From the NCBI GenBank assembly GCA_041937175.2, contig CP166615.1:768001-832000 (forward strand): a stretch of DNA of 64,000 nucleotides, written 5' to 3'. Both the position numbers and the translations under genes were made by a program. The stretch is from Limnothrix sp. BL-A-16 (GTDB lineage: Bacteria > Cyanobacteriota > Cyanobacteriia > CACIAM-69d). The notes below the pieces were generated by a model. It worked only from the letters and a program-made list of their open reading frames with translations. It was not told where the DNA came from and made no database searches. Positions 19,751 through 30,883 of the stretch are shown in pieces; within the stretch, counting starts at the first letter, position 1, and each line of letters starts with the position of its first letter.

Positions 19751-21176
19751 CGGGGTCGGTGGGCTTGGGATCCAGGCCGCCCAGGCCAATGCGCGATCGC
19801 CACTCGTCTCGCAGTTGGTGCAAAACGGTTCCCGGCTCCACAAAATCTAGCAAGTCCTTGGCGAGGGTGTCGGGGCCGTCCTCCCCCCAAGTGCAGCCCG
19901 CTTCCAGGGAGCTGCGGGTGGTTTTGGCGATCGCTAGGCTGCCAAAGGCCGCCGCCGCCGCCTGCACCAGGGCCGCCCCCAGATAGCCGCTGAAACCGTC
20001 GCTGCCCGCCTGGAGCGATCGCCCGTCATTTCCGCCCAAGAAACCGCCCCCCACTTCTCCGAGCAGCATGGCTCCCAAGCTGACCAAGCCTGTTTTCCAA
20101 AACGATTGCCAAGCCGATCGCACCAGGGGCAAACCATAGAGCCGCGACAGCGATCGCACCAAAAACCAATCCACCAACACCGCCGCGATCGCATCCAACA
20201 GCACAAAGGGACTGAGGGCCACGATTACGGCCTTCACTTGAATGAATCGCCAGGTTTGGGCCTCTGCGTCGTCGCGCAGGTGGGTAAGGGTTTTTTGGGC
20301 GATGGTTTGTTGGGCAGTGCGAGCCTGCATCAGGGCATTCAGGGCCAGCAGGGCTTCTCCTTCCCGATCGATGGTGGCCAAAATGGCCGATCGCAAGGCC
20401 TCAATCTCCGGTGGGGGCGACTCCCAACCGTAGGTCACTCGCCCATCGGGCCATTCTTCTCGCACTTGAATTGGGGCCGGTTCCGCCGCCGCCAGCACAA
20501 TTTCATCCACGGGCAAGAACGGATCCCAGCGACGTTCGGTGGGATGGTTGGGCGGGTGGGTCGGTGGGCGCTGGCCGGCCGCTTCCAACTGCATGAGCGA
20601 TCGCAGCCGCTCCACAATTGCCGGCCGCTCCGCTTCGGGAAACAAATCAATTTTGTTGAAGACCAAAATCAGGGGCTTATGGGCTTGGCGCAAGGTTCGC
20701 AAGGCCGCATATTCCACCTGGGTTAAGTCGCCAGCGGTGATGAATAGGATCAAGTCCGATCGCTCGGCCACTTCCCGCGAGAGTTCCGCGCGGCTTTCTC
20801 CGTCAATTTCATCCAGTCCCGGTGTGTCAATGAATTCCACCTCGATCGGTCGATCGCGCCCGGGAGGATGCCACCGCACCGATCGGGGCAATCGCGTCAA
20901 ACCATTCAGGGGCCCCGTTTCCAGCAGGCGTTCCCCCAACAGGGCGTTCAAAACGGCGGATTTGCCCCGGCTAACCAAGCCAAAGGCCGCAATTCGCACC
21001 ACGAATCGATCGAGCTTGTCGAGGGCCCCCGCCAACCGATCCAAATCCGGTTGAATCAGAGCATTCCACCGTTGTGAATCGCGAGTACCCAACTGCTCGA
21101 TCGCCCGTCGCAGGCTCGATCGGACGCGCTCAAATTGTTCCGACTGGGGCGCGTTCAAGGCTGTGAACTCATCCAA
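19689..21176 (-). CDS. Era-like GTPase with C-terminal DUF697
   Basis: GLVSRGKS, DTPG, NKID; hydrophobic C-terminal domain. Confidence 0.88.
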   Translation of the reverse strand: MDEFTALNAPQSEQFERVRSSLRRAIEQLGTRDSQRWNALIQPDLDRLAGALDKLDRFVVRIAAFGLVSRGKSAVLNALLGERLLETGPLNGLTRLPRSVRWHPPGRDRPIEVEFIDTPGLDEIDGESRAELSREVAERSDLILFITAGDLTQVEYAALRTLRQAHKPLILVFNKIDLFPEAERPAIVERLRSLMQLEAAGQRPPTHPPNHPTERRWDPFLPVDEIVLAAAEPAPIQVREEWPDGRVTYGWESPPPEIEALRSAILATIDREGEALLALNALMQARTAQQTIAQKTLTHLRDDAEAQTWRFIQVKAVIVALSPFVLLDAIAAVLVDWFLVRSLSRLYGLPLVRSAWQSFWKTGLVSLGAMLLGEVGGGFLGGNDGRSLQAGSDGFSGYLGAALVQAAAAAFGSLAIAKTTRSSLEAGCTWGEDGPDTLAKDLLDFVEPGTVLHQLRDEWRSRIGLGGLDPKPTDPAKTVAIVPAPKIPPADKSDK

Positions 21177-21403
21177 ATCAAACTAGTCGCCCCCATTGTA
21201 GAAGCGAGGCGATCGTCTCGTTGCATTGGCTCCCGAAAATTCAGCCCGCCCGCTCAGGCCAGAGCATCACCACCGTGAACAGTGCGGCCATGAGACCACT
21301 CCTGAAAAAACCATGAATTTTTAAAGATCATTTAGAAATCATCTAAAAATCATGAGGTTTGAACGACTCAGCGAACAATTCAGCGGCGGATTCCCTAACA
21401 CAA

Positions 21404-22390
21404 CTAATTCAACTGGGAAACGAACGGGAGCAGTAGGGTCGTGAAGTAATACACCAGGGGAGCCGTGAAAATGTAGCTGTCGGCGCGATCGAGAATGCCA
21501 CCATGGCCCGGAATTAAATTTCCGGAATCTTTGACCCCCGCATCTCGCTTCATCAGGGACTCAATCAAATCCCCGAGCAGACTGGAAACACCCACCAGCA
21601 GCCCCAGCAAGGGCCCCGTAATGAACCACAAGGGCCAATGGCAATAGGCCGCGCCCAGGGTTCCCACCAGCGCACTGCCCAACGTGCCGGCCAAAGAGCC
21701 TTCCACGGTTTTCTTGGGGCTGATGTCTGAGAGGCGGGTTTTGCCCACCCATTTGCCCATGATGTAGGCCCCAATATCGGCCGCCCAGATGCAGCAAAAG
21801 GCCAAAATCGTCACCATCAGGGCTTCGGGCCAGGCGGCCGAGTTCCAAGATTCGGGCCAGAACCCATTCAGCGGCAACCGGGCCACGGCTCCATCGTCCA
21901 AAGCCAACCCCGCCCCGACCCGCAGCCGCACCCAATAGCTGGGTAAATAGCCACAGTAAAACAGGCCCATCACCGAGCTGGATAGGTCGGCGATCGAGGC
22001 CATCTTGGGCATAAACAGCAAATAGAAACAAACCAGGGTGCTGGCGATCGGGACGATCGCATCGGCCACGGACGGCATCCAAGCCGAGGCGGCCACAATT
22101 GCCAAACAAGCAACGGTGACGGTTTTCACGGCGGGAACTGCCCCCTTGGCCTTCACTAGGGCGAAATATTCACCCAAACCCAGATAGACCAACAGGCCAA
22201 ACCCCGCCGTGAAATACCAGCCACCCAACACCAGCATGGTCAGGGCGATCGAGATTCCCACCACGGCACTGAAAATTCGCCGCCAGGGCCACCCGGCTAA
22301 TCGATCGCCCCAACTGCGGCCGGCATTGCCCTGGGCCGCTTTTGGCAAAGCAGACTTGATTGCAGCGGAACTTGATTCACTCAAAGACAT
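21404..22390 (-). CDS. cdsA: Phosphatidate cytidylyltransferase
   Basis: ISPKKTVEG, GDLIESLMKRDAGVKDSG..IPGHGGILDR. Confidence 0.96.
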   Translation of the reverse strand: MSLSESSSAAIKSALPKAAQGNAGRSWGDRLAGWPWRRIFSAVVGISIALTMLVLGGWYFTAGFGLLVYLGLGEYFALVKAKGAVPAVKTVTVACLAIVAASAWMPSVADAIVPIASTLVCFYLLFMPKMASIADLSSSVMGLFYCGYLPSYWVRLRVGAGLALDDGAVARLPLNGFWPESWNSAAWPEALMVTILAFCCIWAADIGAYIMGKWVGKTRLSDISPKKTVEGSLAGTLGSALVGTLGAAYCHWPLWFITGPLLGLLVGVSSLLGDLIESLMKRDAGVKDSGNLIPGHGGILDRADSYIFTAPLVYYFTTLLLPFVSQLN

Positions 22391-22588
22391 GGGACGCAAC
22401 CAGCACAAGGACAGCAAGGGCGATCGCAGCGACCAAGAACTGCGACACAGGGTTAAGGAAACGGGGAACCGAGGTTAAGTTGGCCTTAATTAAGGATAAG
22501 GCAGTGCGCCTCGGTGTTGTGTGCCGTAGCCAACCAGGGCGATCGCCCTGAAACCGTCCTGATTCTGGGTTTGGACGCGATGGCCGGC

Positions 22589-23536
22589 TTAATTTCGGCT
22601 GACATGGCCATAGTCAATGCGGGCCCCGGCCCAAAGCAATTTCTCGCGTAGGGTGCGGTAGTAGGAATAGTTTTCCCGCAGAATCACAAACTTGGCCACA
22701 CAATCCGCCATCCGCACATCAATCCGCTGGCCAGGCCAAAGGGAAGCCCCAAAAACACCATCCATCCAAACTTTGGTGGCTAGCTCGTAATCCCCCAAGG
22801 GCCAAATGCTGACCACACAGCGGGGGGGCAACACAATCGGGCGGCTAGACAAACTGAGGGGGCAAATGGGGGTGACGGTGATGGCATCCAGGCCAGAATG
22901 GAGAATCGGCCCATTGGCGGAAACGGTATAGCAGGTGGAACCGGTGGGGGTGGCCACAATTAGCCCGTCACCGTGGTAGCGATCGACGATTTCGCCATCG
23001 ATTTCCACTTCCAGCATGGTGGTCATCAGGCGATCGTTGGAAATGGGCTTCACGCAAATTTCGTTCAGGGCCAGGAAGGTTTCCCCCACCGGTTCCGTAC
23101 CCTTGTAGCTGTTATCTTCCAAAGCGGCGAGGGTCTTCCCTTCAAAGACCTGCCCTTGCAACATCATCCGTTGTTGAACGGCGAAGCGATCGCTCTGGAG
23201 CCGTTCCCACACCGCTTGGGAGTTTTCAAATAGCTCAAAGGGTTCCGTTAAAAACCCCAAGTGCCCTCCCACGTTCACGGCCAAAATGGGCACTTGCTCC
23301 GGGGCCAGGTGGCGAGCCGCGGCCAACACCGTGCCATCCCCCCCCAAGACAATGGCCAGGTCGATCGGCTGGGTGACCGAAGCCAAAAACACCGGGTAGG
23401 GATTGTCTTTGGGGCCGCTGGGGCCCACGAGCGATCGCGCGCCTAGGGCATCCAGTTCCCGTGAGCAACGTTCTGCCCAGCCTTGGCTGCGAGAGTCTCC
23501 GGCTTTATAGATGATGATGACTTGTTTCAGATTCAT
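22589..23536 (-). CDS. nadK: NAD kinase
   Basis: GGDGT, GHLGFL, LNE, DGLIVATPTGST. Confidence 0.95.
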   Translation of the reverse strand: MNLKQVIIIYKAGDSRSQGWAERCSRELDALGARSLVGPSGPKDNPYPVFLASVTQPIDLAIVLGGDGTVLAAARHLAPEQVPILAVNVGGHLGFLTEPFELFENSQAVWERLQSDRFAVQQRMMLQGQVFEGKTLAALEDNSYKGTEPVGETFLALNEICVKPISNDRLMTTMLEVEIDGEIVDRYHGDGLIVATPTGSTCYTVSANGPILHSGLDAITVTPICPLSLSSRPIVLPPRCVVSIWPLGDYELATKVWMDGVFGASLWPGQRIDVRMADCVAKFVILRENYSYYRTLREKLLWAGARIDYGHVSRN

Positions 23537-23817
23537 GGCAAAGGGGGAGTGATTCGGTGCAGGTCAGGGCGATCGGCCAAGAGAACGCAGAACAAGACGA
23601 GAACTTGGCCCTTGCACCATGTCTCTCTTGCACCATTTCTTTTTGTAGCGCTTCTGGCCAATGCGGAATGCTCGAATCGCACCACCATGCCACCGCAATT
23701 CAACCGTTGCGATCGGCCCTCATGATTTGGCTGCTGGCTGAGCTAGCTGCTGGATTCAGCCATCGGGTGATTAACCTGATTAACCCTTGATCAGTCTCTG
23801 ATTCGCCCCGATCGGGA

Positions 23818-25296
23818 TCAAGCCTGCTGAATCCACACCGACACCGATCCCCCGGCACAGCGGAACTCACCCCAGCCCCACTCGTTGGTGTAAACCAGTT
23901 CCTTCACGTGATCCGTTAGGTCATAGAACGTGGCGTTCGATCGCCCCGTTTCCATCCAAAGGCTGCTGGGGCCACCGTTGCTCAACACCACCGCCATGCT
24001 CAGGGGATGGGTGGCATCGCCTAACCGAGTCCAGCCGATCGTGTTGCTGCCGGAGAAGTAGTCATACTGAGGCCCCCAACCAAAGCGCCGACGGGCATAA
24101 AGAAACTTATCCAACAGCCAATTGTGTTTGGACAGGGAAACAGTGTGTTGATGGCCATCCCGTCCCCGATCGGTATATTCCGCGCCGTAATAGTCCCCAT
24201 AGAACACACAGGGATAGCCCTCCCGCCGCAGCAAAATGATCGCATAGGCAAGGGGTTTAAACCAAGCCTCCACAGGCGATTCCAGGGCTTGCAGCGGTTG
24301 GCTGTCGTGGTTGTCCACAAAGGTGACGGCCAAGGTGGGCTGCTGTTGCATCAGGGTGCGATCGAGAATGGTGCGTAGGTCATAGGCACTGCCCGATCGA
24401 CTGGCTTGGTGGAAGTGGTAGTGCAACGGCACGTCAAACAGCGACATCCGCCCCTCCGTGGCCGCCAAATATCGATGCAGGGCCTCCACGTCGTTTTCCC
24501 AATATTCCCCCACCGCGAACAGCTTTCGATGGGGACAGTGATGGCGCACCGCATCGAGCCACTCATTGAAAAAGCTCGATCGAATGTGTTTCACCGCATC
24601 CAACCGAAACCCATCCGTGCCCAGGGTGTCTTGGATCCATTGGCCCCAATGCACCAACTCCTGGCGCACCTCCGGGTGATGGGTATCCAAATCGCAAGCC
24701 ATCAAAAAGTCGTAGTTGCCATGGTGATGGCTCACTTCCGACTCAAAGACTTTGGGGCTGAGGCGATAAATGGCGCGATCGTTCGGATCATCGGCATTGT
24801 GGTTCACCGAGTCAAAACAGCGGGCATCCCACTTCATGGCCGAGTAGCGATCGCCCCGACCGGGAAAGGTGAACTTCGACCAAATGCTAATTTCCCGGGC
24901 CGCTCCCAACTCCCAATTGCGGTTATCGCTGGCGACGGGCGTGGCCCACACCGTTTCCGTGGCATCGCCCCCGTTTTTGTGATTAAACACCGTGTCCAAA
25001 TAAACCTGCAAACCCGCTGCCCGCGAGGCTTTCACCGCCGCGATCAGCTCTTCTTTTGTGCCATATTTGGTGCGAATGGTGCCTTTTTGGTCAAACTCGC
25101 CTAAATCAAACAGGTCATAGGTGCTGTAGCCCACATCAGAACTGCTGGTGCCCTTATAAACCGGCGGTAACCAAAGGGCTGTGATCCCCTTTGCGGCCAA
25201 CTCCCGAGCTTGATCCTGCACCTGACCCCAAAGGGAGCCATCGGCGGGGCAGTACCACTCGAAGTACTGCATGATGACACCGTTTGTTTCTACCAT
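23818..25296 (-). CDS. amyA: Alpha-amylase (GH13)
   Basis: NGVIMQYFEWY, DGFRLDAVKHI, VGEYW, FVDNHDSQ. Confidence 0.93.
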   Translation of the reverse strand: MVETNGVIMQYFEWYCPADGSLWGQVQDQARELAAKGITALWLPPVYKGTSSSDVGYSTYDLFDLGEFDQKGTIRTKYGTKEELIAAVKASRAAGLQVYLDTVFNHKNGGDATETVWATPVASDNRNWELGAAREISIWSKFTFPGRGDRYSAMKWDARCFDSVNHNADDPNDRAIYRLSPKVFESEVSHHHGNYDFLMACDLDTHHPEVRQELVHWGQWIQDTLGTDGFRLDAVKHIRSSFFNEWLDAVRHHCPHRKLFAVGEYWENDVEALHRYLAATEGRMSLFDVPLHYHFHQASRSGSAYDLRTILDRTLMQQQPTLAVTFVDNHDSQPLQALESPVEAWFKPLAYAIILLRREGYPCVFYGDYYGAEYTDRGRDGHQHTVSLSKHNWLLDKFLYARRRFGWGPQYDYFSGSNTIGWTRLGDATHPLSMAVVLSNGGPSSLWMETGRSNATFYDLTDHVKELVYTNEWGWGEFRCAGGSVSVWIQQA

Positions 25297-25485
25297 GACC
25301 GTTCTCTCCGCTTCCTGGGCTGGCCCTTATCCATGACTGTAGGCCGATCGCCCAGAACTCAGCCCGGTAGTTTGCACAAACTTAAACTCTTTCAGAAAGG
25401 GGGCTATTGAACGGATTGGTCGCGATGGCTTTGAGGGTGGTGGTAGCGGTTAGGGTGTTAGCCCACAGTTCCAGGACTGCGGCAG

Positions 25486-25633
25486 TAAAAATGCCATTGA
25501 GGACTTCTCGAAAATCAACTTCTATCGAATGTCCAAAGCCTTTAGGAGCGGGCAGCAGTAGTAATGGCTAGAGAAGTGCCCACTCATCATCGCTCAAGTC
25601 ACTGGGATCAGCTTTGCGGGTGGGATTGGCCAT
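25486..25633 (-). pseudogene. IS5-family transposase N-terminal remnant (not in ORF track)
   Basis: Manual translation MANPTRKADPSDLSDDEWALL*PLLLLPAPKGFGHSIEVDFREVLNGIF matches the IS5 N-terminal pattern (YPSDL.D.EW..L.PLLP..VD.RE.LN.IF); stop at codon 22. Confidence 0.8.
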
Positions 25634-25788
25634 GACCGGGAGACGACTCATGAGCCGGGTGATGCTTCAGATAGGGCTAGCCTAAAACCGAATTTAGAGC
25701 TACCCAGTCGATTTTAGCTTCTCTTAATCAATAGCAATTAGCTCTTATGGCTAGTGTCGGTAATAGTTTCCTTGCTTTCAAAAAAAGT

Positions 25789-27069
25789 CTATGACTTAAT
25801 CGGCAGTTGAATCCGAAATTCAGCGCCTTGTCCTGGCTCCGATTCAACGGTCAAACTGCCACCATGTTTATCAACTACGATTTGTTGGGCGATCGCGAGA
25901 CCTAATCCAGTCCCTTTGCCCACAGATTTTGTAGTGAATAAGTGATCAAAAATTCTCGACTTTACCTCTGCACTCATCCCTTTACCATTATCTTGAATAG
26001 CAATTTGTACCTGATCGCTCACCAAAGTCGTGCTGATCGTAATCCGTTGAGGATTAACTTCTAATTCCTTGAACGATCGCCCCTGGGCCAGCTCGTCAAA
26101 CATATCGATCGCATTAGCCAGGATATTCATAAACACTTGGTTGAGTTGCCCCGGAAAGCAATCGATCGGCGGTATTTCACCATAGTCAGTGATTACCTCG
26201 ATCTCCGGTCGGTTCGCATTCGCCTTGAGCCGATATTTTAAGATTAATAGAGTGCTATCAATCCCTTCATGCAAGTTTGCACTGACCTTATATTCCGTAT
26301 CCGCCCGGGAAAAAGTACGCAAGCTGGTACTAATCGATTTGATGCGATCGGTTGCCCCTTGCATGGAATTGAGTAATTGGGGCAAATCTTCGCAAATATA
26401 TTCTAGGTCGATATCATTCGTGTGATCTTGAATTGGAGAAACTGGACTAGGATAATACTGCTGATAAAGGGCTAAATGGTTGAGCAAGTCTTGCACATAG
26501 TCTCTACCATTATTAATGCTGCCATTTAAAAAACTAATCGGATTATTAATTTCATGGGCAACCCCAGCTACTAACTGTCCTAGGGCAGACATTTTTTCGC
26601 TTTGGATTAATTGCATCTGGGAGGCTTTGAGTTCAGTAGTTTTTTGAGCTACCTGTTGCTCTAGAGTTTGGGCCAAATACCGAAGCTGGAGATGGGTTTT
26701 TACCCGAGCTAAAACTTCCTGCTCCTGGAAGGGTTTAGTAATGTAATCTACGGCTCCTAGATCAAGGGCCCGAACTTTGCTATTGAGATCAGAAAGAGCA
26801 GTCATGAAAATTACAGGAACATCAGCCGTTCGAGAATTTGCTTTCAGACGGCGACAGGTTTCAAAACCATCAATACCCGGCATCATCACATCTAGTAAAA
26901 TTAAGTCTGGTAGCTTTCGTTCTACTTGCTGCAAGGCCCGTTCGCCGCTAGTAGCGATCGCTACATCAAATCCCATATCACTTAAAGTGTCAGACATTAC
27001 ATCTAAATTACTGGGAATGTCATCTACAATTAAGATTAAGCCCGTCACCACATTTGCTGCCATATTCAT
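25789..27069 (-). CDS. Receiver-histidine kinase hybrid
   Basis: REC (IVDD, LDVMMP, KP) followed by HEINNP H-box, NQVFMN, DNGKG, GTGLGL. Confidence 0.93.
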   Translation of the reverse strand: MNMAANVVTGLILIVDDIPSNLDVMSDTLSDMGFDVAIATSGERALQQVERKLPDLILLDVMMPGIDGFETCRRLKANSRTADVPVIFMTALSDLNSKVRALDLGAVDYITKPFQEQEVLARVKTHLQLRYLAQTLEQQVAQKTTELKASQMQLIQSEKMSALGQLVAGVAHEINNPISFLNGSINNGRDYVQDLLNHLALYQQYYPSPVSPIQDHTNDIDLEYICEDLPQLLNSMQGATDRIKSISTSLRTFSRADTEYKVSANLHEGIDSTLLILKYRLKANANRPEIEVITDYGEIPPIDCFPGQLNQVFMNILANAIDMFDELAQGRSFKELEVNPQRITISTTLVSDQVQIAIQDNGKGMSAEVKSRIFDHLFTTKSVGKGTGLGLAIAQQIVVDKHGGSLTVESEPGQGAEFRIQLPIKS

Positions 27070-27136
27070 GGCGCTTTCCTCCTTTTTAGCTTTGCTAATA
27101 CTTTTCTAGGCTTTTAGAAAAATCCTATTAAAACTC

Positions 27137-29950
27137 TTAGGAGCTATCTTTGGAGTTGAGAGACTGATGAATTAGTTGTTGAATAAATACTTCTATCTTC
27201 TCTGATTGAAATTGTTTAGCTAAATGATTAATATGGTTAACAAATGGTTGATATCGCTGCTCTTGCTCAGCAATTTTGGTTGTCAATTGAGTTAATTTTT
27301 TGAAACGTCCTTCTTGAACTAACTCTAAAAGTAATTGTAAATCCTTAATATCTGGAGTCTCAAAGAAAGGAAGCTTAGAAGATGTTGGGCTAGATTCTTT
27401 AGCGGCCGCTTCTTCCTTTTGACTATTATTCCAAGTTAATTCTAGATATTTGGTGAGAATATCAAATAACTCTTGACTATGCACAGGTTTCGCTAAAAAG
27501 TCATCCCCGCCTGCATCAATACTCATTTGCTGATCTGCTTGGGAGACGGAAGCTGAGGATACGATAAGTTTCAAGTGTTTCAAGTCTTCCGCTTGTCGTA
27601 CTTGCTTTAGCATGGCAAAGCCATCCATCACGGGCATCGCTAGATCAGTAATTACAAGGTCTGGATATAGCTGTCGCATCTTTTCTAAGCCATCTTGACC
27701 ATGCTCCGCTTCAGCAACAATAAATCCCAGAGGCTCCAAAAGATTAACAATTACCGACCGATTTTCCCAACAGTCATCTACGATCAGAATACGCTTCCTA
27801 TCTCCTTCATAGCCAGTAATATTTTCCCCCCTGCTCTGAAATCGTATCCAATCATCATGTAAGGGTAGGGCTACTTCAAAGAAAAATTCACTGCCAACTC
27901 CTAGCTGACTATTTACCTGAATTTCTCCTCCCATAAGTTGAACAATTTGCTGACTAATAGCAAGCCCTAGCCCCGTACCTTCCGACTGTCGGCTTTTATC
28001 TCCCACCTGCTCAAAAGCTCGGAAGAGTTTTTGCACATCCGCTGTCGCAATACCTACCCCTGTATCAATGACAGCAAAGCGTAAATGAGCAAGTTCTTTA
28101 GTCGTTAGCTGATAATTAACTCGAAAAGTGATCCCACCTCGATCGGTAAATTTAATGGCATTACTCAATAAATTAATTAATACTTGACGAAGACGCTTTT
28201 CATCAACAATTACCCCGTTGGGTAAGTTGACATCAGGTTCGTAGTGAAAGCTAATATTTTTCTGTTGCGCCCGAATTTGAGAAATTTCTACCACCCCTTG
28301 AAGAAGAGCAGGTAAATGCACAGCTTTGGGAGCAAGTTCCAATTTACGAGCTTCAATTTTAGAGATATCCAAAATGTCATTAATTAGGGTGAGTAAATGA
28401 GAGCCACACTGATGAATAATATTAACTCCGTGGCGCTCCTTTTCAGGAATAGCCTTGGAGCGACCTAAAATTTGAGCATAGCCGAGAATACCATTAAGGG
28501 GAGTCCGCAGCTCATGACTCATGTTGGCAAGAAATTCACTTTTAGCCTGATTGGCGTTATCAGCTAATTGTTTAGCTACTTGTAATTCTTTAGTTCGTTC
28601 TGCCACTCGCTGTTCGAGTTCTGCGTTCGCATTTTCCAGAGAGCTAAAAGCCGATTGAAGTTGATGACTCATGGCATTGAAAGTTTGCCCCAATTTGTTA
28701 AGTTCTTGAATATTCTCCAGTTGAATTCGTTGATGAAGGTTGCCTTTGCTAATTTCTTGAGAAGCTTGGTTTAAGCGATCAATGGGACGAAGAATCCAAC
28801 GGGATGTGTAAATACCAGAGGTGACAGCGATTGCCAGAGCCAGAAGACATAGGAAGATGGTGATACGGGTATTTTCATTAATCTGCCCCATAAAATCTGC
28901 TTCGGGGACAATAACGACAATTAACCAATCTAGCCCTCGTCCATCTTGAAAAGGGGTGACTTGAATAAATTGTTGCTCTTTATTAAAAGAAAAATTGGAC
29001 TCTTGGATCGTAGAAATTTCCTGAAATGAAGAGAAGGAACTATTTAAATACTTAGCTGTAGCTTGAATTAGAGGTATTTGACTGTTAGTCGCTTTTAATC
29101 TTTTTGGTTTTTTGTTTTTGTCAAATAAGAAAGGTCTTTCTTTGGTAGAACTAGCAACTATTAAGCCACTACGTTCCATAATAAAAACCTGCCCCGAAGG
29201 ACTGATTTTTAACTCCTGAAGAAACTGGCTGAGGCGCAGAAGGCTAACATCAACCCGCAGCGCGCCAATAAACTTATTTCGATCATCATAGATTGGTTGC
29301 ACCGCAGGAAGGGCAATGTCATGGGGAGGCAACTGCCACACGAAAATATCTGCCCAAGCCAGTTTATTTTCCTTTAGTGCTGTTTTATACCAAGGTCGAG
29401 TTCGAGCATCAAAATTTGGAGTTATCGAAACTAGCTTTTGACGATTTCCTTGAGCATCAATTTCATAGGTAGAATTTCCTCTTGCTACATTATCTACGCT
29501 ACCGACTAAAACATTGGAAGTTCCATTTAAGGAGAACTGTTTGCCCGCCCATACATACTTACCTTCTTGATTTCCGTAGGCAATGATTGTTGCACTATCA
29601 AAGCGTTGAGCTTGTTGCCAAAAATGACGCTCTAAAGATAATAAATCTTGAAAATTAATTTGTTCAAGCCGAGCACTATCAACGTTAATCTGATTGATCA
29701 AAATAGGAGTAGCAATAAAAGATCGAAGATGATCTTGGATTCGATTTGTTACTTCATTTCGTAGCTTGCTTGCAACATCATTAACAGCTTTTTGACCATT
29801 CTGGATTGAGAGATAACTAGTCAAACCTACAGCAGTAAAGATTTGGATGACGAAGGGAGCAACAAGGATCAACCTCAAAGGGATAGATCGACGATGTTGA
29901 ACTCTGGCTGTTTTAGGAACTTCCACTTTTGAAGATTGGTTGGTTAACAT
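27137..29950 (-). CDS. Cache-HAMP hybrid sensor histidine kinase with receiver
   Basis: Two [11 protein letters not shown] Cache, [27 protein letters not shown] (DLAMP). Confidence 0.93.
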   Translation of the reverse strand: MLTNQSSKVEVPKTARVQHRRSIPLRLILVAPFVIQIFTAVGLTSYLSIQNGQKAVNDVASKLRNEVTNRIQDHLRSFIATPILINQINVDSARLEQINFQDLLSLERHFWQQAQRFDSATIIAYGNQEGKYVWAGKQFSLNGTSNVLVGSVDNVARGNSTYEIDAQGNRQKLVSITPNFDARTRPWYKTALKENKLAWADIFVWQLPPHDIALPAVQPIYDDRNKFIGALRVDVSLLRLSQFLQELKISPSGQVFIMERSGLIVASSTKERPFLFDKNKKPKRLKATNSQIPLIQATAKYLNSSFSSFQEISTIQESNFSFNKEQQFIQVTPFQDGRGLDWLIVVIVPEADFMGQINENTRITIFLCLLALAIAVTSGIYTSRWILRPIDRLNQASQEISKGNLHQRIQLENIQELNKLGQTFNAMSHQLQSAFSSLENANAELEQRVAERTKELQVAKQLADNANQAKSEFLANMSHELRTPLNGILGYAQILGRSKAIPEKERHGVNIIHQCGSHLLTLINDILDISKIEARKLELAPKAVHLPALLQGVVEISQIRAQQKNISFHYEPDVNLPNGVIVDEKRLRQVLINLLSNAIKFTDRGGITFRVNYQLTTKELAHLRFAVIDTGVGIATADVQKLFRAFEQVGDKSRQSEGTGLGLAISQQIVQLMGGEIQVNSQLGVGSEFFFEVALPLHDDWIRFQSRGENITGYEGDRKRILIVDDCWENRSVIVNLLEPLGFIVAEAEHGQDGLEKMRQLYPDLVITDLAMPVMDGFAMLKQVRQAEDLKHLKLIVSSASVSQADQQMSIDAGGDDFLAKPVHSQELFDILTKYLELTWNNSQKEEAAAKESSPTSSKLPFFETPDIKDLQLLLELVQEGRFKKLTQLTTKIAEQEQRYQPFVNHINHLAKQFQSEKIEVFIQQLIHQSLNSKDSS

Positions 29951-30537
29951 AGGAAAATACTTTGCAAGTTTCAAGTAAATGATGTTGTGTAATAATGAAA
30001 TGAATTTTAATTATAATAGTCCGTCATCTTTAATCTGATGCTCAGAGCGTTATCAAGAGTGCTTCTGTCAAAGGCTATTAACAATTTCGGCGTAAGAATT
30101 ATAACTATCAGTATATAAACTTTTTTAAAGAATGAGGGTAAACCCATGAAAAGCGAATATCACCTTGTGAATTTTGCCGAGCGGTAAAAATTTGGCTTGA
30201 TCATAGCCTTGTTTTCTGAGCTTATGGCAAACTGCACAATTGATCTGCTAAATAACTAGTGCTTAACATGACTACCTTAAGACTTCCCAGTGTCTTTACG
30301 ATCGATTCGTTACTGGTGGAGATCATGCAAGACTGTGGCTAATTTCAGAGTAACTCTGAGTTCCTCTGTCTAGTTTAGTGCTTGTTTCTGGAGATATTGA
30401 TTGAGAGACAATCCCTTTTTGTCTTCCATTGCAGGCACATGGCTATTATAAAGCTCTCTCTCGATGATGTAGCAACTCTAAAGCGCTTAATATAGTGCTA
30501 GGTACAGATTTAACCTTGCTTTAACTTATATGCTTTA

Positions 30538-30871
30538 GAGCTGATCTATAGAGCAACTACTCATCATCTAAAGCAGCCAATCTTCTCGCCATCAAATGCA
30601 TTAAGCAGCTATAGATTATTCCTTCACTCGTCTCCGAATACAGCGCATAGTCCTTGCTCAATCGCCGAAATCGGTTCAGCCAGCCCAACGTCCGCTCGAC
30701 AATCCACCGTTTGGGCAGCGTCTCAAACGCTTTACCGATTCGGCTGATGACCTCCATGCGCACAGTCTCACCACACACAAGCTTCGCGGCATCCGCAAAC
30801 TTTTGCCCGGCATACCAAAGTAGTGATAGACCGTGCTGCAAGGCGGTAAATCGTGAGGCAGTATTTCCCAC
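30538..30871 (-). mobile_element. IS5-family transposase C-terminal remnant with probable right end
   Basis: LPKRWIVERTLGWLNRFRRLSKDY motif; possible TIR GAGCTGATCTATA at 30538 next to TTA. Confidence 0.85.
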
Positions 30872-30883
30872 TGGCAGTTAGCT

